From Mobula hypostoma (Eukaryota): DNA of 64,000 nt. Position 1 is the stretch's first letter. The number at the start of each line of letters is the position of its first letter. The stretch spans positions 46,438,001 to 46,502,000 of the forward strand of contig NC_086107.1 of assembly GCF_963921235.1 (NCBI RefSeq). Reading direction: 5' to 3'. The notes beneath the pieces were generated by a model. It was not told where the DNA came from. It saw nothing but the letters and a program-made list of their open reading frames with translations, and did no database searches. Positions 37,744-52,301 of this stretch are shown here, one piece after another. The position numbers were made by a program, and so were the translations under genes.

Positions 37744-38126
37744 GTAAGTTAAGGCACAAATTTTATGAAAAAAACAGAAAAAAATGCATGTATTTACAGT
37801 ATTTTGTCTGTTTTCTTTTTCTTGCAATTGCATAACACCTAAAGTAGTTGGAGCGAGAATTAATTGTTGTCCTCTACTGTATCCTGAAAATTCATAATCC
37901 CGAGAAATTTTCTGAAGATATTGCCTGCTTAATGCCTGGAAAATCCCTGGAAAGCTCATGCCTCCATTCCATAGCAAAGTTGAACAATCTACATTCCACC
38001 AGATTATCTGAAGATGATTCCTTGAAGACTATCTAGTGTATAATTGAAAGCAGTCGTGTAAATAATCCTCATCCTCCCTTGATCATATATTCATGGCCCT
38101 TACTACTGGGGCAGCACTCTTTAGTC

Positions 38127-40380
38127 TAGTGGTCACCAACCTTTTTAAGCCCAAGATCCCCTACCTTGACCTCAGTGAAAGGCAAGATCTACCTACTAAA
38201 TCATTTAGAGCTCAGATTGTACTTCCAATTTGAGGCCTTTTATTTGGGCGAATTGTATTTGAATTACACAAAATACTTTTGTCAAACTTTCAAATTAATT
38301 CAAACAAGAAAACACTGTAACTAGCATATCAAACAGGCCATAGCTGTCTTTCTTTAAGAATATTACATACTTCACACCTTTAATTCTAAATTTCATTATT
38401 TAATTTTATTTCAACACGAATAATAAATGAATAAAAATTGACTGTTGCGCTCAGTGTGATGACTGTGGCTGAATACTTTCTGCTAGTTCCCTGAAATTTG
38501 GCTCATAACTACAGACAGCCAGTCTGAGACAGTCTGTGAGGTGTAGGGTTGCCAATTGTCCCGTATTTCCCCGGCTAAGGTGCAGCGGTCTTATTAAACC
38601 TTTCATGTGGAAATGCTTTACGCCGAAGAAACAATTACCATTAATTTATATGGAAAAGATTTTGAGCATTCCCAGACCCAAAAAATAATCTACCAAATCG
38701 TACCAAATAACACATAAAACCTAAAATAACACTTACATATAGTAAAAGTAGGAATGATATGATAAATACACAGCTTATATAAAGTAGAAATAATGAAAAT
38801 TAAGCCAAAACCGATTTGAGGGGTAAAAAAAAAATCGGCACATACGCGCATGCGCACACAGGTGCCCACGCAAGACTTCATGGTCATGGTAGTCTTTCTC
38901 GGGGTAAACACAAATATCCCGGGATTTGGCTGCTACTTTTGTCTGTTATTTGGGAGTGAGAAAATTGGGAACCCTAGTGAGGTGTCTATCAGTAAGTTAG
39001 CTCCTGTTCTTAGATTTAATAATTTTCATGTGTGAAAATGCAATTTCACATAGATAAGTTGACCCTAAGTAGGCAGTGACTTTTAGTGCTATAAAACCAA
39101 CGCGCACACTGCGCATTGCTGGGGCCCCATCAGTAGTAATTGCCACCGGTTTATTAATAGGGATGTCATTTTCATGGACATTTTTTTAAACTCATTGTAA
39201 ATATCCTCACCTCTCGTTCTTTCCTTTAATTGCAAAAGAGTGAGGAAGTCCTCCTTTGTTGTAAAATCCTGGAAAGCCATTCTGACAAATACGACAAGCT
39301 GAGCTGTTTGCATGACATCCAGGGATTCATCGAACTGTAGTGAAAAATATTCATGTCCTCTGACGGTGACCCTACCCTCCTTGTCACTGTTGCAGGGCCA
39401 AGCGGTATATTATGTATTGTGGTTATGATGCCGTTTTTGTTTTTAAAGTCATTAAAGACAGCTTCTGTCCATTGCTTCCTTGAATAAATCGCCGTCTGTA
39501 AAAGGCTTCTTGTGTTTAGCCAAAAGGTGACTTATACAAAATGATGCTTCAATAGCAGCCTTATTTTGGCAGCATGTTTTGTGGGAAACGATTGCTGGGC
39601 CTTCAACCCCGATTTCAGCTCCTCAACTTTCCAGGCACGAATTGCGCTCTTTGTGGGGTGGGTGTCTTTAAATTTCTGGTGGTTGGTGTTGTGGTGCCGC
39701 ACCAGGTTCTCGCTTTTAGCCAGTGCTTGTGTTTGGTGGCACAACATACATACACACTTGTCTCTCACCAAGGTAAATAGAAATTCCTCTTCCCATTCTG
39801 GTTGGAACTTGTATGTTTTCGCCTTCTTTCGTGGAGCCTCCGCTATGCTATCAGGTTATCACAAGCAATTGCCAATTGCATCGCCTCTGATCTGGGCCGA
39901 CATTTACGTGCTGGGCGGCATCTAATTATTACGCTTGTTTATTTCGGCTTTTTTTCTTAAAGATTTGCTGGGTGCATCCCAACTACCGCTGTACCCCTGC
40001 ATGCTTCGCAGCCCGAAGGTTGGGGACACTGCCGTATATTGATGTTTGCGACAGTCTATACTGTTACCTAATCTAACTGGTCACTTTGATGCAGCACAGG
40101 CTACGCTGAAAATGTGGTGCATGCGGGAGAACTACATACATGTGCACTGGGCAGAAAGAACAGAACTAAACCCCTGCAACCTGGAAACAATCTCTTTTTA
40201 CAAACAGCTTTTTAGCGAAAATATTGCTATATTACCATTATCCTAATTAGTATTACTTACGTTGATAATGCTCACATTACAACAGTATTTGTGTATTTAT
40301 TTTTGATTTTTCTTCGGGATCTACTGGGAAAGTCTCAAAGATTGACCAGTCGATCGCAATCGACGGGTTGGCGACCCCTA
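38127..40380 (-). mobile_element. Degenerate hAT (SPIN/GTF2IRD2-like) DNA transposon
   Basis: Imperfect TIRs tagtggtcaccaacc / ggttggcgaccccta; transposase fragments TAQLVVFVRM..LKERTRGEDIY and CMLCHQTQALAKSENLVRHHNTNH; no clean TSD seen. Confidence 0.8.
38544..38976. mobile_element. MITE (433 bp) nested in the hAT element
   Basis: TIRs tagggttgccaatt / aattgggaacccta; perfect 8-bp TSD GTGAGGTG. Confidence 0.9.
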
Positions 40381-40634
40381 CTATATTCTGCAATACAACA
40401 GAAATGCATGAATTCACAACATACAAACAGCTGTTTGGAAAGTGTTGGAAATGTCATGCCTCTGTCAATGTTGGCATCGATACAAATTAGTGGTTTTCTT
40501 CCAGCTTCTGTAAATTGCATGTGATTTTCATCTCTTAATTCCTGTGAATGTAGTCAGCATAATTTACATACCATCACACACAAGGGAATATTTCCCGAAA
40601 TTCCTCAAAGAAAATATCCTTATTTTGATGACAG

Positions 40635-40697
40635 TTTTGAATGGAACGGAAGAAGAAATAGAACCAAATGGAAATGCAAATGAGTTAAGAGATGAAA
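40635..40697 (+). CDS. E63 copy (intact)
   Basis: gatgacag acceptor, 63 nt, gtaagg donor, VLNGTEEEIEPNGNANELRDE. Confidence 0.6.
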
Positions 40698-41163
40698 GTA
40701 AGGAAAATCCGGAAAAAAAGTGCTGGAATATTCTTTAGAGTTGCAAGGCTTCTGTTGCAAACAAAGTGAGATTCACTTTTCATTAATCACTTCAAAATTT
40801 CTGCAGACATTGCCTGCTTAATGTCTGGGAAATTACTGAAGATACTATATACATTCCATCTGCCAACCTCTCTGGGGCAAAGTAGATTGCTGAAATTTGC
40901 AACAGGAATTGAGGCACATGTCTCTTTTCTACAGACCTGCATTTCATAGACAGGACCATGCCAAATTAATGTAACTGGACTAGAAATAGTCCACAATTCC
41001 AACATTTTTAAAGCATCTGGTATTCTTCTTTGGAACCAACACATTCAAATTCAGTTGTGGCTACACGTTTTTACGTGTGGTAAAATTCTGGCTATGAATC
41101 ACTGTTCTTTCACTTTTACATTGCTTGAGTTGATGGAGACACATTTCCTTTATTTCGATTCAG

Positions 41164-41241
41164 AGGAAACCCAGCCAAAGCCTGATGAAGATAAAGGAGA
41201 GCAGCAGGAGCTGCCTAATCAGGATTCAGGAGAAAATAAAG
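41164..41241 (+). CDS. E78 copy
   Basis: Intact AG/GT, open (EETQPKPDEDKGEQQELPNQDSGENK). Confidence 0.6.
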
Positions 41242-42757
41242 GTAATATGTTTGTTGGAACACACATAGAATTGTTGAAAAATTCATGATTTTTGCTTGCA
41301 TTGCAGTTTCTGTAGATTACAGACGATTATCTTGAAGTTAATTCTGTGAATACTGTCACCATTATTCAGTAACCAGCACACCCATCAGATTGTATAAATA
41401 TTCAACATTCCTACCAGCACTGAGTTTACATGTTATTTGAGAGCTTTGTACACCATGGATGTAAACATGCAAAATCTGTCTCATCATAACAATCCATGTT
41501 CACTATATCCCAGGTTCCTCACATATCCTTTCTTAGATTTCAGATCCGAATGCACAAAGCACAGTAAGAAAACCAGCCAAAGCTGGAGATAAGTTAAGGC
41601 ACAAATTATATGAAAAGAAAGCAGAAAAAATACACGCATTTACAGTATTTTGTCTGTTTTTTTTCTTGCAATTGCATAATACCTAAAGTAGTTGAAGCGA
41701 CAATTAATTCTTGTTCCTCTACTGTGGCCTGCAAATTCTTTATACCAAGCAATTTTCTGAAGATATTGCCTGCCTAATGCCTGTAAAATCCCTGGAAATT
41801 CAGAACTCCATTCCATAGCAAAGTTGAATAATCTACATTGCACCAGATTATCTGAAGATGATTCCTTGAATACGATCCAGTCCACTGATTAAAAGCAGTC
41901 ATGTAAATAATCCTCATCCTGCCTTCATCATATAATCATGGCGCTTGCTACTGGGGCAGCACTCTTTATTCTCTGACTATACTCTGCAATACAACAGAAA
42001 TGCATGAAATCACAACAGACAAACAGCTGTTTAGAAAGTGTTAGAAATGTCATGCCTTTCTCAATGTAGTCATCGATACAAATTAGCCGTTTTCTTCCAG
42101 CTTCTGTAAATTGCATGTGATTGTCATCTATTAACTCCTGTGAATGTTATCAGCATAATTCACTTGCCATCACACACTGGGAATATTTCCCTAAATTCCT
42201 CAAAGAAAATATCCTTATATTGATGATAGTTTTGAATTGGAACAGAAGAAGAAATTGAACCAAATGGACGTGCAAATGAGTTAAGGAATGAAAGTAAGGA
42301 AAATCTGGAAAAAGTGCCGGAATATTGTTTAGAATTGCAAGGCTTCTGTTGCAAACAAAGTGAGATTCACTTTTCATTAATCTCTTCAAAACTACTGCAA
42401 ACATTTCCTGCTTAATAACTGGGAAATTACTGAAGATACTGTATACATTCCATCTGCCAACCTCTCTGGGGCAAAGTAGATTACTGAAATTTGCAACAGG
42501 AATTGAGGCACGCGTCTCATTTATACAGTCCTCCATTTCATAGACAGGACCATGCCAAATTAGTGTAACTGGACTAGAATTAGTCCACAATTCCTACATT
42601 TGTAAAGTATCTGGTATTTTGCGTTGGAACCGACACATTCAAATTAGGTTGTGGCTACACGTTTTTACGTGTGGTAAAATTCTGGCTATGAATCACTGTT
42701 CTTTCACTTTTACATTGCTTGAGTTGATGGAGACACATTTCCTTTATTTCGATTCAG

Positions 42758-42835
42758 AGGAAACCCAGCCAAAGCCTGATGAAGATAAAGGAGAGCAGCA
42801 GGAGCTGCCTGATCAGGATTCAGAAGAAAATAAAG
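42758..42835 (+). CDS. E78 copy
   Basis: Intact AG/GT, open. Confidence 0.55.
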
Positions 42836-44352
42836 GTAATATGTTTGTTGGAACACACAGAGAATTGTTGAAAAATTCATGATTTTTGCTTGCATTGCAG
42901 TTTCTGTAGATTACAGACGATTATCTTGAAGTTAATTCTGTGAATACTGTCACCATTATTCAGTAACCAGCACACCCATCAGATTGTATAAATATTCAAC
43001 ATTCCTACCAGCACTGAGTTTACATGTTATTTGAGAGCTTTGTACACCATGGATGTAAACATGCAAAATCTGTCTCATCATAACAATCCATGTTCACTAT
43101 ATCCCAGGTTCCTCACATATCCTTTCTTAGATTTCAGATCTGAATGCACAAAGCACAGTAATAAAACCAGCCAAAGCTGGAGATAAGTTAAGGCACAAAT
43201 TATATGAAAAGAAAGCAGAAAAATTGCACGCATTTACAGTATTTTGTCTCTTTCTTTTTCTTGCAATTGCATAATACCTAAAGTAGTTGAAGCGACAATT
43301 AATTCTTGTTCCTCTACTGTGGCCTGCAAATTCTTTATACCAAGCAATTTTCTGAAGATATTGCCTGCCTAATGCCTGTAAAATCCCTGGAAATTCAGAA
43401 CTCCATTCCATAGCAAATTTGAATAATCTACATTGCACCAGATTATCTGAAGATGATTCCTTGAATACGATCCAGTCCACTGATTAGAAGCAGTCATGTA
43501 AATAATCCTCATCCTGCCTTCATCATATAATCATGGCGCTTGCTACTGGGGCAGCACTCTTTATTCTCTGACTATACTCTGCAATACAACAGAAATGCAT
43601 GAAATCACAACAGACAAACAGCTGTTTAGAAAGTGTTAGAAATGTCATGCCTTTCTCAATGTAGTCATCGATACAAATTAGCCGTTTTCTTCCAGCTTCT
43701 GTAAATTGCATGTGATTGTCATCTATTAACTCCTGTGAATGTTATCAGCATAATTCATTTGCCATCACACACTGGGAATATTTCCCTAAATTCCTCAAAG
43801 AAAATATCCTTATATTGATGATAGTTTTGAATTGGAACAGAAGAAGAAATTGAACCAAATGGACATGCAAATGAGTTAAGGAATGAAAGTAAGGAAAATC
43901 TGGAAAAAGTGCCGGAATATTGTTTAGAATTGCAAGGCTTCTGTTGCAAACAAAGTGAGATTCACTTTTCATTAATCTCTTCAAAACTACTGCAATCATT
44001 TCCTGCTTAATATCTGGGAAATTACTGAAGAAACTGTATACATTCCATCTACCAACCTCTCTGGGGTAAAGTAGATTGCTGAAATTGGCAACAGGAATTG
44101 AGGCACGCATCTCATTTATACAGTCCTGCATTTCATAGACAGGACCATGCCAAATTAGTGTAACTGGACTAGAATTAGTCCACAATTCCTACATTTGTAA
44201 AGTATCTGGTATTATGCGTTGGAACCGACACATTCAAATTAGGTTGTGGCTACACGTTTTTACGTGTGGTAAAATTCTGGCTATGAATCACTGTTCTTTC
44301 ATTTTTACGTTGCTTGAGTTGATGGAGACACATTTCCTTTATTTCGATTCAG

Positions 44353-44430
44353 AGGAAACCCAGCCAAAACCTGATGACGATAAAGGAGAGCAGCAGGAGC
44401 CGCCTAATCAGGATTCAGGAGAAAATAAAG
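44353..44430 (+). CDS. E78 copy (type B)
   Basis: Intact AG/GT, open; identical to the 50639 copy. Confidence 0.55.
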
Positions 44431-45937
44431 GTAATATGTTTGTTGGAACACACATAGAATTGTTGAAAAATTCATGATTTTTGCTTGCATTGCAGTTTCT
44501 GTAGATTACAGACGATTATCTTGAAGTTAATTCTGTGAATACTGTCACCATTATTCAGTAACCAGCACACCCATCAGATTGTATAAATATTCAACATTCC
44601 TACCAGCACTAAGTTTACATGTTATTTGAGAGCTTTGCACACCATGGATGTAAACATGCAAAATCTGTCTCATCATAACAATCCATGTTCACTATATCCC
44701 AGGTTCCTCACATATCCTTTCTTAGATTTCAGATCCGAATGCACAAAGCACAGTAATAAAACCAGCCAAAGCTGGAGATAAGTTAAGACACAGATTATAT
44801 GAAAAGAAAGCAGAAAAATTGCACGCATTTACAGTATTTTGTCTGCTTCTTTTTCTTGCAATTGCATAATACCTAATGTAATTGAAGCGACAATTAATTC
44901 TTGTTCCTCTACTGTGGCCTGCAAATTCTTTATTCCAAGCAATTATCTGAAGATATTGCCTGCTTAAAGCCTGGAGAATTCAGAACTCCATTCCGTAGCA
45001 AAGTTGAATAATCTACATTGCTCCAGATTATCTAAAGATGATTCCTTGAATATGGTCCAGTCCACTGATTAAAAGCAGTCATGTAAATAATCCTCATCCT
45101 GCCTTGATCATATATTCATAGCGCTTGCTACTGGGGCAGCACTCTTTATTCTCTGACTATACTCTGCAATACAACAGAAATGCATGAAATCACAACAGAC
45201 AAACAGCTGTTTACAAAGTGTTAGAAATGTCATGCCTCTGTCAATGTTGTCATCGATACAAATTAGCTGTTTTCTTCCAGCTTCTGTAAATTGCATGTGA
45301 TTGTCATCTCTTAACTCCTGTGAATGTTAACAGCATAATTCACTTGCCATCACTCACTGGGAATATTTCCCTAAATTCCTCAAAGAAAATATCCTTATAT
45401 TGATGATAGTTGTGAATTGGAACAGAAGAAGAAATTGAACCAAATGGACATACAAATGAGTTAAGGGATGAAAGTAAGGAAAATCTGGAAAAAGTGCCGG
45501 AATATTGTTTAGAATTGCAAGGCTTCTGTTGCAAACAAAGTGAGATTCACTTTTCATTAATCTCTTCAAAATTTCTGCAAACATTTCCTGCTTAATATCT
45601 GGGAAATTACTGAAGAAACTGTATACATTCCATCTGCCAACCTCTCTGGGGTAAAGTAGATTCCTGCAATTTGCAACAGGAATTGAGGCACGCGTCTCAT
45701 TTATACAGTCCTGCATTTCATAGACAGGACCATGCCAAATTAGTGTAACTAGACTAGAATTAGTCCACAATTCCTACATTTGTAAAGTATCTGGTATTTT
45801 GCGTTGGAACCGACACATTCAAATTAGGTTGTGGCTACACGTTTTTACGTGTGGTAAAATTCTGGCTATGAATCACTGTTCTTTCACTTTTACATTGCTT
45901 GAGTTGATGGAGACACATTTCCTTTATTTCGATTCAG

Positions 45938-46015
45938 TGGATACCCAGGCAAATCCTGATGAAGATAAAAGCGAACAGGAGGAGAAGCCTAATCAGGTTT
46001 CAGGAGAAAACAAAG
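45938..46015 (+). CDS. E78 copy (type C)
   Basis: Intact AG/GT, open (DTQANPDEDKSEQEEKPNQVSGENK). Confidence 0.55.
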
Positions 46016-47522
46016 GTAATATGTTTGTTGGGACAAACAAAGAATTGTTGAAAAATTCATGATTTTTGCTTGCATTGCAGTTTCTGTAGATTACAGATGA
46101 TTATCTTGAAGTTAATTCTGTGAATAGTGTCACCATTATTCAGTAACCAGCACACCCATCAGATTGTATAAGTATTCAACATTCCTACCAGCACTAAGTT
46201 TACATGTTATTTGAGAGCTTTGCACACCATGGATGTAAACATGCAAAATCTGTCTCATCATAGCAATCCATGTTCACTCTCTCACAGGTTCCTCACATAT
46301 CCTTTCTTAGATTTCAGATCCGAATGCACAAAGCACAGTAAGAAAACCAGCCAAAGCTGGAGATAAGTTAAGACACAGATTATATGAAAAGAAAGCAGAA
46401 AAATTGCACGCATTTACAGTATTTTGTCTGTTTCTTTTTCTTGCAATTGCATAATACCTAAAGTAATTGATGCGACAATTAATTGTTGTTCCTCTACTGT
46501 GGCCTGCAAATTCTTTAACCCAAGCAATTTTCTAAAGATATTGCCTGCTTAACACCTGGAGAATTCAGAACTCCATTCCATAGCAAAATTGAATAATCTA
46601 CATTGCACTAGATTATCTGAAGATGATTCCTTGAATCTGGTCCAGTCCACTGATTAAAAGCAGTCATGTAAATAATCCTCATCCTGCCTTGATCATATAT
46701 TCATGGCGCTTGCTACTGGGGCAGCACTCTTTAGTCTCTGACTATACTCTGCAATACAACAGAAATGCATGAAATCACAACAGACAAACAGCTGTTTAGA
46801 AAGTGTTAGAAATGTCAGGCCTCTGTCAATGCAGTCATCGATACAAATTAGCGGTTTTCTTCCAGCTTCTGTAAATTGCATGTGTTTGTCATCTCTTAAC
46901 TCCTGTGAATGTTATCAGCATAATTCACTTGCCATCACTCACTGGGAATATTTCCCTAAATTCCTCAATGAAAATATCCTTATATTGATGATAGTTGTGA
47001 ATTGGAACAGAAGAAGAAATTGAACCAAATGGACATACAAATGAGTTAAGGGATGAAAGTAAGGAAAATCTGGAAAAAGTGCCGGAATATTGTTTAGAAT
47101 TGCAAGGCTTCTGTTGCAAACAAAGTGAGATTCACTTTTCATTAATCTCTTCAAAATTTCTGCAAACATTTCCTGCTTAATATCTGGGAAATTACTGAAG
47201 AAACTGTATACATTCCATCTGCCAACCTCTCTGGGGTAAAGTAGATTCCTGCAATTTGCAACAGGAATTGAGGCACGCGTCTCATTTATACAGTCCTGCA
47301 TTTCATAGACAGGACCATGCCAAATTAGTGTAACTAGACTAGAATTAGTCCACAATTCCTACATTTGTAAAGTATCTGGTATTTTGCGTTGGAACCGACA
47401 CATTCAAATTAGGTTGTGGCTACACGTTTTTACGTGTGGTAAAATTCTGGCTATGAATCACTGTTCTTTCACTTTTACATTGCTTGAGTTGATGGAGACA
47501 CATTTCCTTTATTTCGATTCAG

Positions 47523-47600
47523 TGGATACCCAGGCAAATCCTGATGAAGATAAAAGCGAACAGGAGGAGAAGCCTAATCAGGTTTCAGGAGAAAACAAAG
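47523..47600 (+). CDS. E78 copy (type C)
   Basis: Intact AG/GT, open. Confidence 0.55.
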
Positions 47601-50600
47601 GTAATATGTTTGTTGGGACAAACAAAGAATTGTTGAAAAATTCATGATTTTTGCTTGCATTGCAGTTTCTGTAGATTACAGATGATTATCTTGAAGTTAA
47701 TTCTGTGAATAGTGTCACCATTATTCAGTAACCAGCACACCCATCAGATTGTATAAGTATTCAACATTCCTACCAGCACTAAGTTTACATGTTATTTGAG
47801 AGCTTTGCACACCATGGATGTAAACATGCAAAATCTGTCTCATCATAGCAATCCATGTTCACTCTCTCACAGGTTCCTCACATATCCTTTCTTAGATTTC
47901 AGATCCGAATGCACAAAGCACAGTAAGAAAACCAGCCAAAGCTGGAGATAAGTTAAGACACAGATTATATGAAAAGAAAGCAGAAAAATTGCACGCATTT
48001 ACAGTATTTTGTCTGCTTATTTTTCTTGCAATTGCATAATACCTAAAGTAATTGATGCGACAATTAATTGTTGTTCCTCTACTGTGGCCTGCAAATTCTT
48101 TAACCCAAGCAATTTTCTAAAGATATTGCCTGCTTAACACCTGGAGAATTCAGAACTCCATTCCATAGCAAAATTGAATAATCTACATTGCACTAGATTA
48201 TCTGAAGATGATTCCTTGAATCTGGTCCAGTCCACTGATTAAAAGCAGTCATGTAAATAATCCTCATCCTGCCTTGATCATATATTCATGGCGCTTGCTA
48301 CTGGGGCAGCACTCTTTAGTCTCTGACTATACTCTGCAATACAACAGAAATGCATGAAATCACAACAGACAAACAGCTGTTTAGAAAGTGTTAGAAATGT
48401 CAGGCCTCTGTCAATGCAGTCATCGATACAAATTAGCGGTTTTCTTCCAGCTTCTGTAAATTGCATGTGTTTGTCATCTCTTAACTCCTGTGAATGTTAT
48501 CAGCATAATTCACTTGCCATCACACACTGGGAATATTTCCCTAAATTCCTCAATGAAAATATCCTTATATTGATGATATTTTTGAATTGGATCAGAAGAA
48601 GAAATTGAACCAAATGGACATGCAAATGAGTTAAGGGATGAAAGTAAGGAAAATCCGGAAAAATGTGCCGGAATATTGTTCAGAATTGCAAGACTTCTTT
48701 TGCAAACAAAGTGAGATTCACTTTTCATTAATCCCTTCAAAATTTCAGCAGACATTGCCTGCTTAATGTCTGGGAAATTACTGAAGATACTGTATAAATT
48801 CCATCTGCCAACCTCTCTGGGGTAAAGTAGATTGCTGAAATTTGCAACAGGAATTGAGGCACGTGTCTCTTTTCTACAGTCCTGCATTTCATAGACATGA
48901 CCATGCCAAATTAGTGTTACTGGACTAGAATTAGTCCACAATTCCTACATTTGTAAAGTATCTGATATTTTGCTTTGGAACCGACACATTCAAATTCAGT
49001 TGTGGCTACACGTTTTTATATGTGGTAAAATGCTGGCTATCAACCACTGTTCTGTCACTTTTACTGATGAAGATAAAAGAGAACGGGAGGAGCCGCCTAA
49101 TCAGGATTCAGGAGAAAATAAAGGTAATATGTTTGTTGGGACACAGAGAATTTTTGAAAATGTCATGATTTTTGCTTGCACTGCAGTTTCTGTAGATTAC
49201 AGACGATTATCTTGAAGTTAATTCTGTGAATACTGTCACCATTATTCAGTAACCAGCACACCCATCAGATTGTATAAATATTCAACATTCCTACCAGCAC
49301 TGAGTTTACATGTTATTTGAGAGCTTTGTACACCATGGATGTAAACATGCAAAATCTGTCTCATCATAACAATCCATGTTCACTATATCCCAGGTTCCTC
49401 ACATATCCTTTCTTAGATTTCAGATCCGAATGCACAAAGCACAGTAATAAAACCAGCCAAAGCTGGAGATAAGTTAAGGCACAAATTATATGAAAAGAAA
49501 GCAGAAAAATTGCACGCATTTACAGTATTTTGTCTCTTTCTTTTTCTTGCAATTGCATAATACCTAAAGTAGTTGAAGCGACAATTAATTCTTGTTCCTC
49601 TACTGTGGCCTGCAAATTCTTTATACCAAGCAATTTTCTGAAGATATTGCCTGCCTAATGCCTGTAAAATCCCTGGAAATTCAGAACTCCATTCCATAGC
49701 AAATTTGAATAATCTACATTGCACCAGATTATCTGAAGATGATTCCTTGAATACGATCCAGTCCACTGATTAGAAGCAGTCATGTAAATAATCCTCATCC
49801 TGCCTTCATCATATAATCATGGCGCTTGCTACTGGGGCAGCACTCTTTATTCTCTGACTATACTCTGCAATACAACAGAAATGCATGAAATCACAACAGA
49901 CAAACAGCTGTTTAGAAAGTGTTAGAAATGTCATGCCTTTCTCAATGTAGTCATCGATACAAATTAGCCGTTTTCTTCCAGCTTCTGTAAATTGCATGTG
50001 ATTGTCATCTATTAACTCCTGTGAATGTTATCAGCATAATTCACTTGCCATCACACACTGGGAATATTTCCCTAAATTCCTCAAAGAAAATATCCTTATA
50101 TTGATGATAGTTTTGAATTGGAACAGAAGAAGAAATTGAACCAAATGGACATGCAAATGAGTTAAGGAATGAAAGTAAGGAAAATCTGGAAAAAGTGCCG
50201 GAATATTGTTTAGAATTGCAAGGCTTCTGTTGCAAACAAAGTGAGATTCACTTTTCATTAATCTCTTCAAAACTACTGCAATCATTTCCTGCTTAATATC
50301 TGGGAAATTACTGAAGAAACTGTATACATTCCATCTACCAACCTCTCTGGGGCAATGTAGATTACTGAAATTTGCAACAGGAATTGAGGCACGCATCTCA
50401 TTTATACAGTCCTGCATTTCATAGACAGGACCATGCCAAATTAGTGTAACTGGACTAGAATTAGTCCACAATTCCTACATTTGTAAAGTATCTGGTATTA
50501 TGCGTTGGAACCGACACATTCAAATTAGGTTGTGGCTACACGTTTTTACGTGTGGTAAAATTCTGGCTATGAATCACTGTTCTTTCATTTTTACGTTGCT

Positions 50601-50638
50601 TGAGTTGATGGAGACACATTTCCTTTATTTCGATTCAG

Positions 50639-50716
50639 AGGAAACCCAGCCAAAACCTGATGACGATAAAGGAGAGCAGCAGGAGCCGCCTAATCAGGAT
50701 TCAGGAGAAAATAAAG
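50639..50716 (+). CDS. E78 copy (type B)
   Basis: Intact AG/GT, open. Confidence 0.55.
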
Positions 50717-52223
50717 GTAATATGTTTGTTGGAACACACATAGAATTGTTGAAAAATTCATGATTTTTGCTTGCATTGCAGTTTCTGTAGATTACAGACG
50801 ATTATCTTGAAGTTAATTCTGTGAATACTGTCACCATTATTCAGTAACCAGCACACCCATCAGATTGTATAAATATTCAACATTCCTACCAGCACTAAGT
50901 TTACATGTTATTTGAGAGCTTTGCACACCATGGATGTAAACATGCAAAATCTGTCTCATCATAACAATCCATGTTCACTATATCCCAGGTTCCTCACATA
51001 TCCTTTCTTAGATTTCAGATCCGAATGCACAAAGCACAGTAATAAAACCAGCCAAAGCTGGAGATAAGTTAAGACACAGATTATATGAAAAGAAAGCAGA
51101 AAAATTGCACGCATTTACAGTATTTTGTCTGCTTCTTTTTCTTGCAATTGCATAATACCTAATGTAATTGAAGCGACAATTAATTCTTGTTCCTCTACTG
51201 TGGCCTGCAAATTCTTTATTCCAAGCAATTATCTGAAGATATTGCCTGCTTAAAGCCTGGAGAATTCAGAACTCCATTCCGTAGCAAAGTTGAATAATCT
51301 ACATTGCTCCAGATTATCTAAAGATGATTCCTTGAATATGGTCCAGTCCACTGATTAAAAGCAGTCATGTAAATAATCCTCATCCTGCCTTGATCATATA
51401 TTCATAGCGCTTGCTACTGGGGCAGCACTCTTTATTCTCTGACTATACTCTGCAATACAACAGAAATGCATGAAATCACAACAGACAAACAGCTGTTTAG
51501 AAAGTGTTAGAAATGTCATGCCTCTGTCAATGTTGTCATCGATACAAATTAGCGGTTTTCTTCCAGCTTCTGTAAATTGCATGTGTTTGTCATCTCTTAA
51601 CTCCTGTGAATGTTATCAGCATAATTCACTTGCCATCACTCACTGGGAATATTTCCCTAAATTCCTCAATGAAAATATCCTTATATTGATGATAGTTGTG
51701 AATTGGAACAGAAGAAGAAATTGAACCAAATGGACATACAAATGAGTTAAGGGATGAAAGTAAGGAAAATCTGGAAAAAGTGCCGGAATATTGTTTAGAA
51801 TTGCAAGGCTTCTGTTGCAAACAAAGTGAGATTCACTTTTCATTAATCTCTTCAAAATTTCTGCAAACATTTCCTGCTTAATATCTGGGAAATTACTGAA
51901 GAAACTGTATACATTACATCTGCCAACCTCTCTGGGGTAAAGTAGATTCCTGCAATTTGCAACAGGAATTGAGGCACGCGTCTCATTTATACAGTCCTGC
52001 ATTTCATAGACAGGACCATGCCAAATTAGTGTAACTAGACTAGAATTAGTCCACAATTCCTACATTTGTAAAGTATCTGGTATTTTGCGTTGGAACCGAC
52101 ACATTCAAATTAGGTTGTGGATACACGTTTTTACGTGTGGTAAAATTCTGGCTATGAATCACTGTTCTTTCACTTTTACATTGCTTGAGTTGATGGAGAC
52201 ACATTTCCTTTATTTCGATTCAG

Positions 52224-52301
52224 TGGATACCCAGGCAAATCCTGATGAAGATAAAAGCGAACAGGAGGAGAAGCCTAATCAGGTTTCAGGAGAAAACAAA
52301 G
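52224..52301 (+). CDS. E78 copy (type C)
   Basis: Intact AG/GT, open. Confidence 0.55.

Noticed and set aside
38119-40388. 8-bp TSD for the large hAT element
   Set aside because: The flanks differ (ctttagtc versus ctatattc). Comparison with intact units suggests a few bases were lost, so no TSD is claimed.
41544-42293. Compensation by a 20-nt E45 (new CA|gtaaga donor) plus a 64-nt E63, totalling 84 nt
   Set aside because: The resulting frame reads TTT TGA (or TTG TGA) at the start of the 64-nt exon, an immediate stop.
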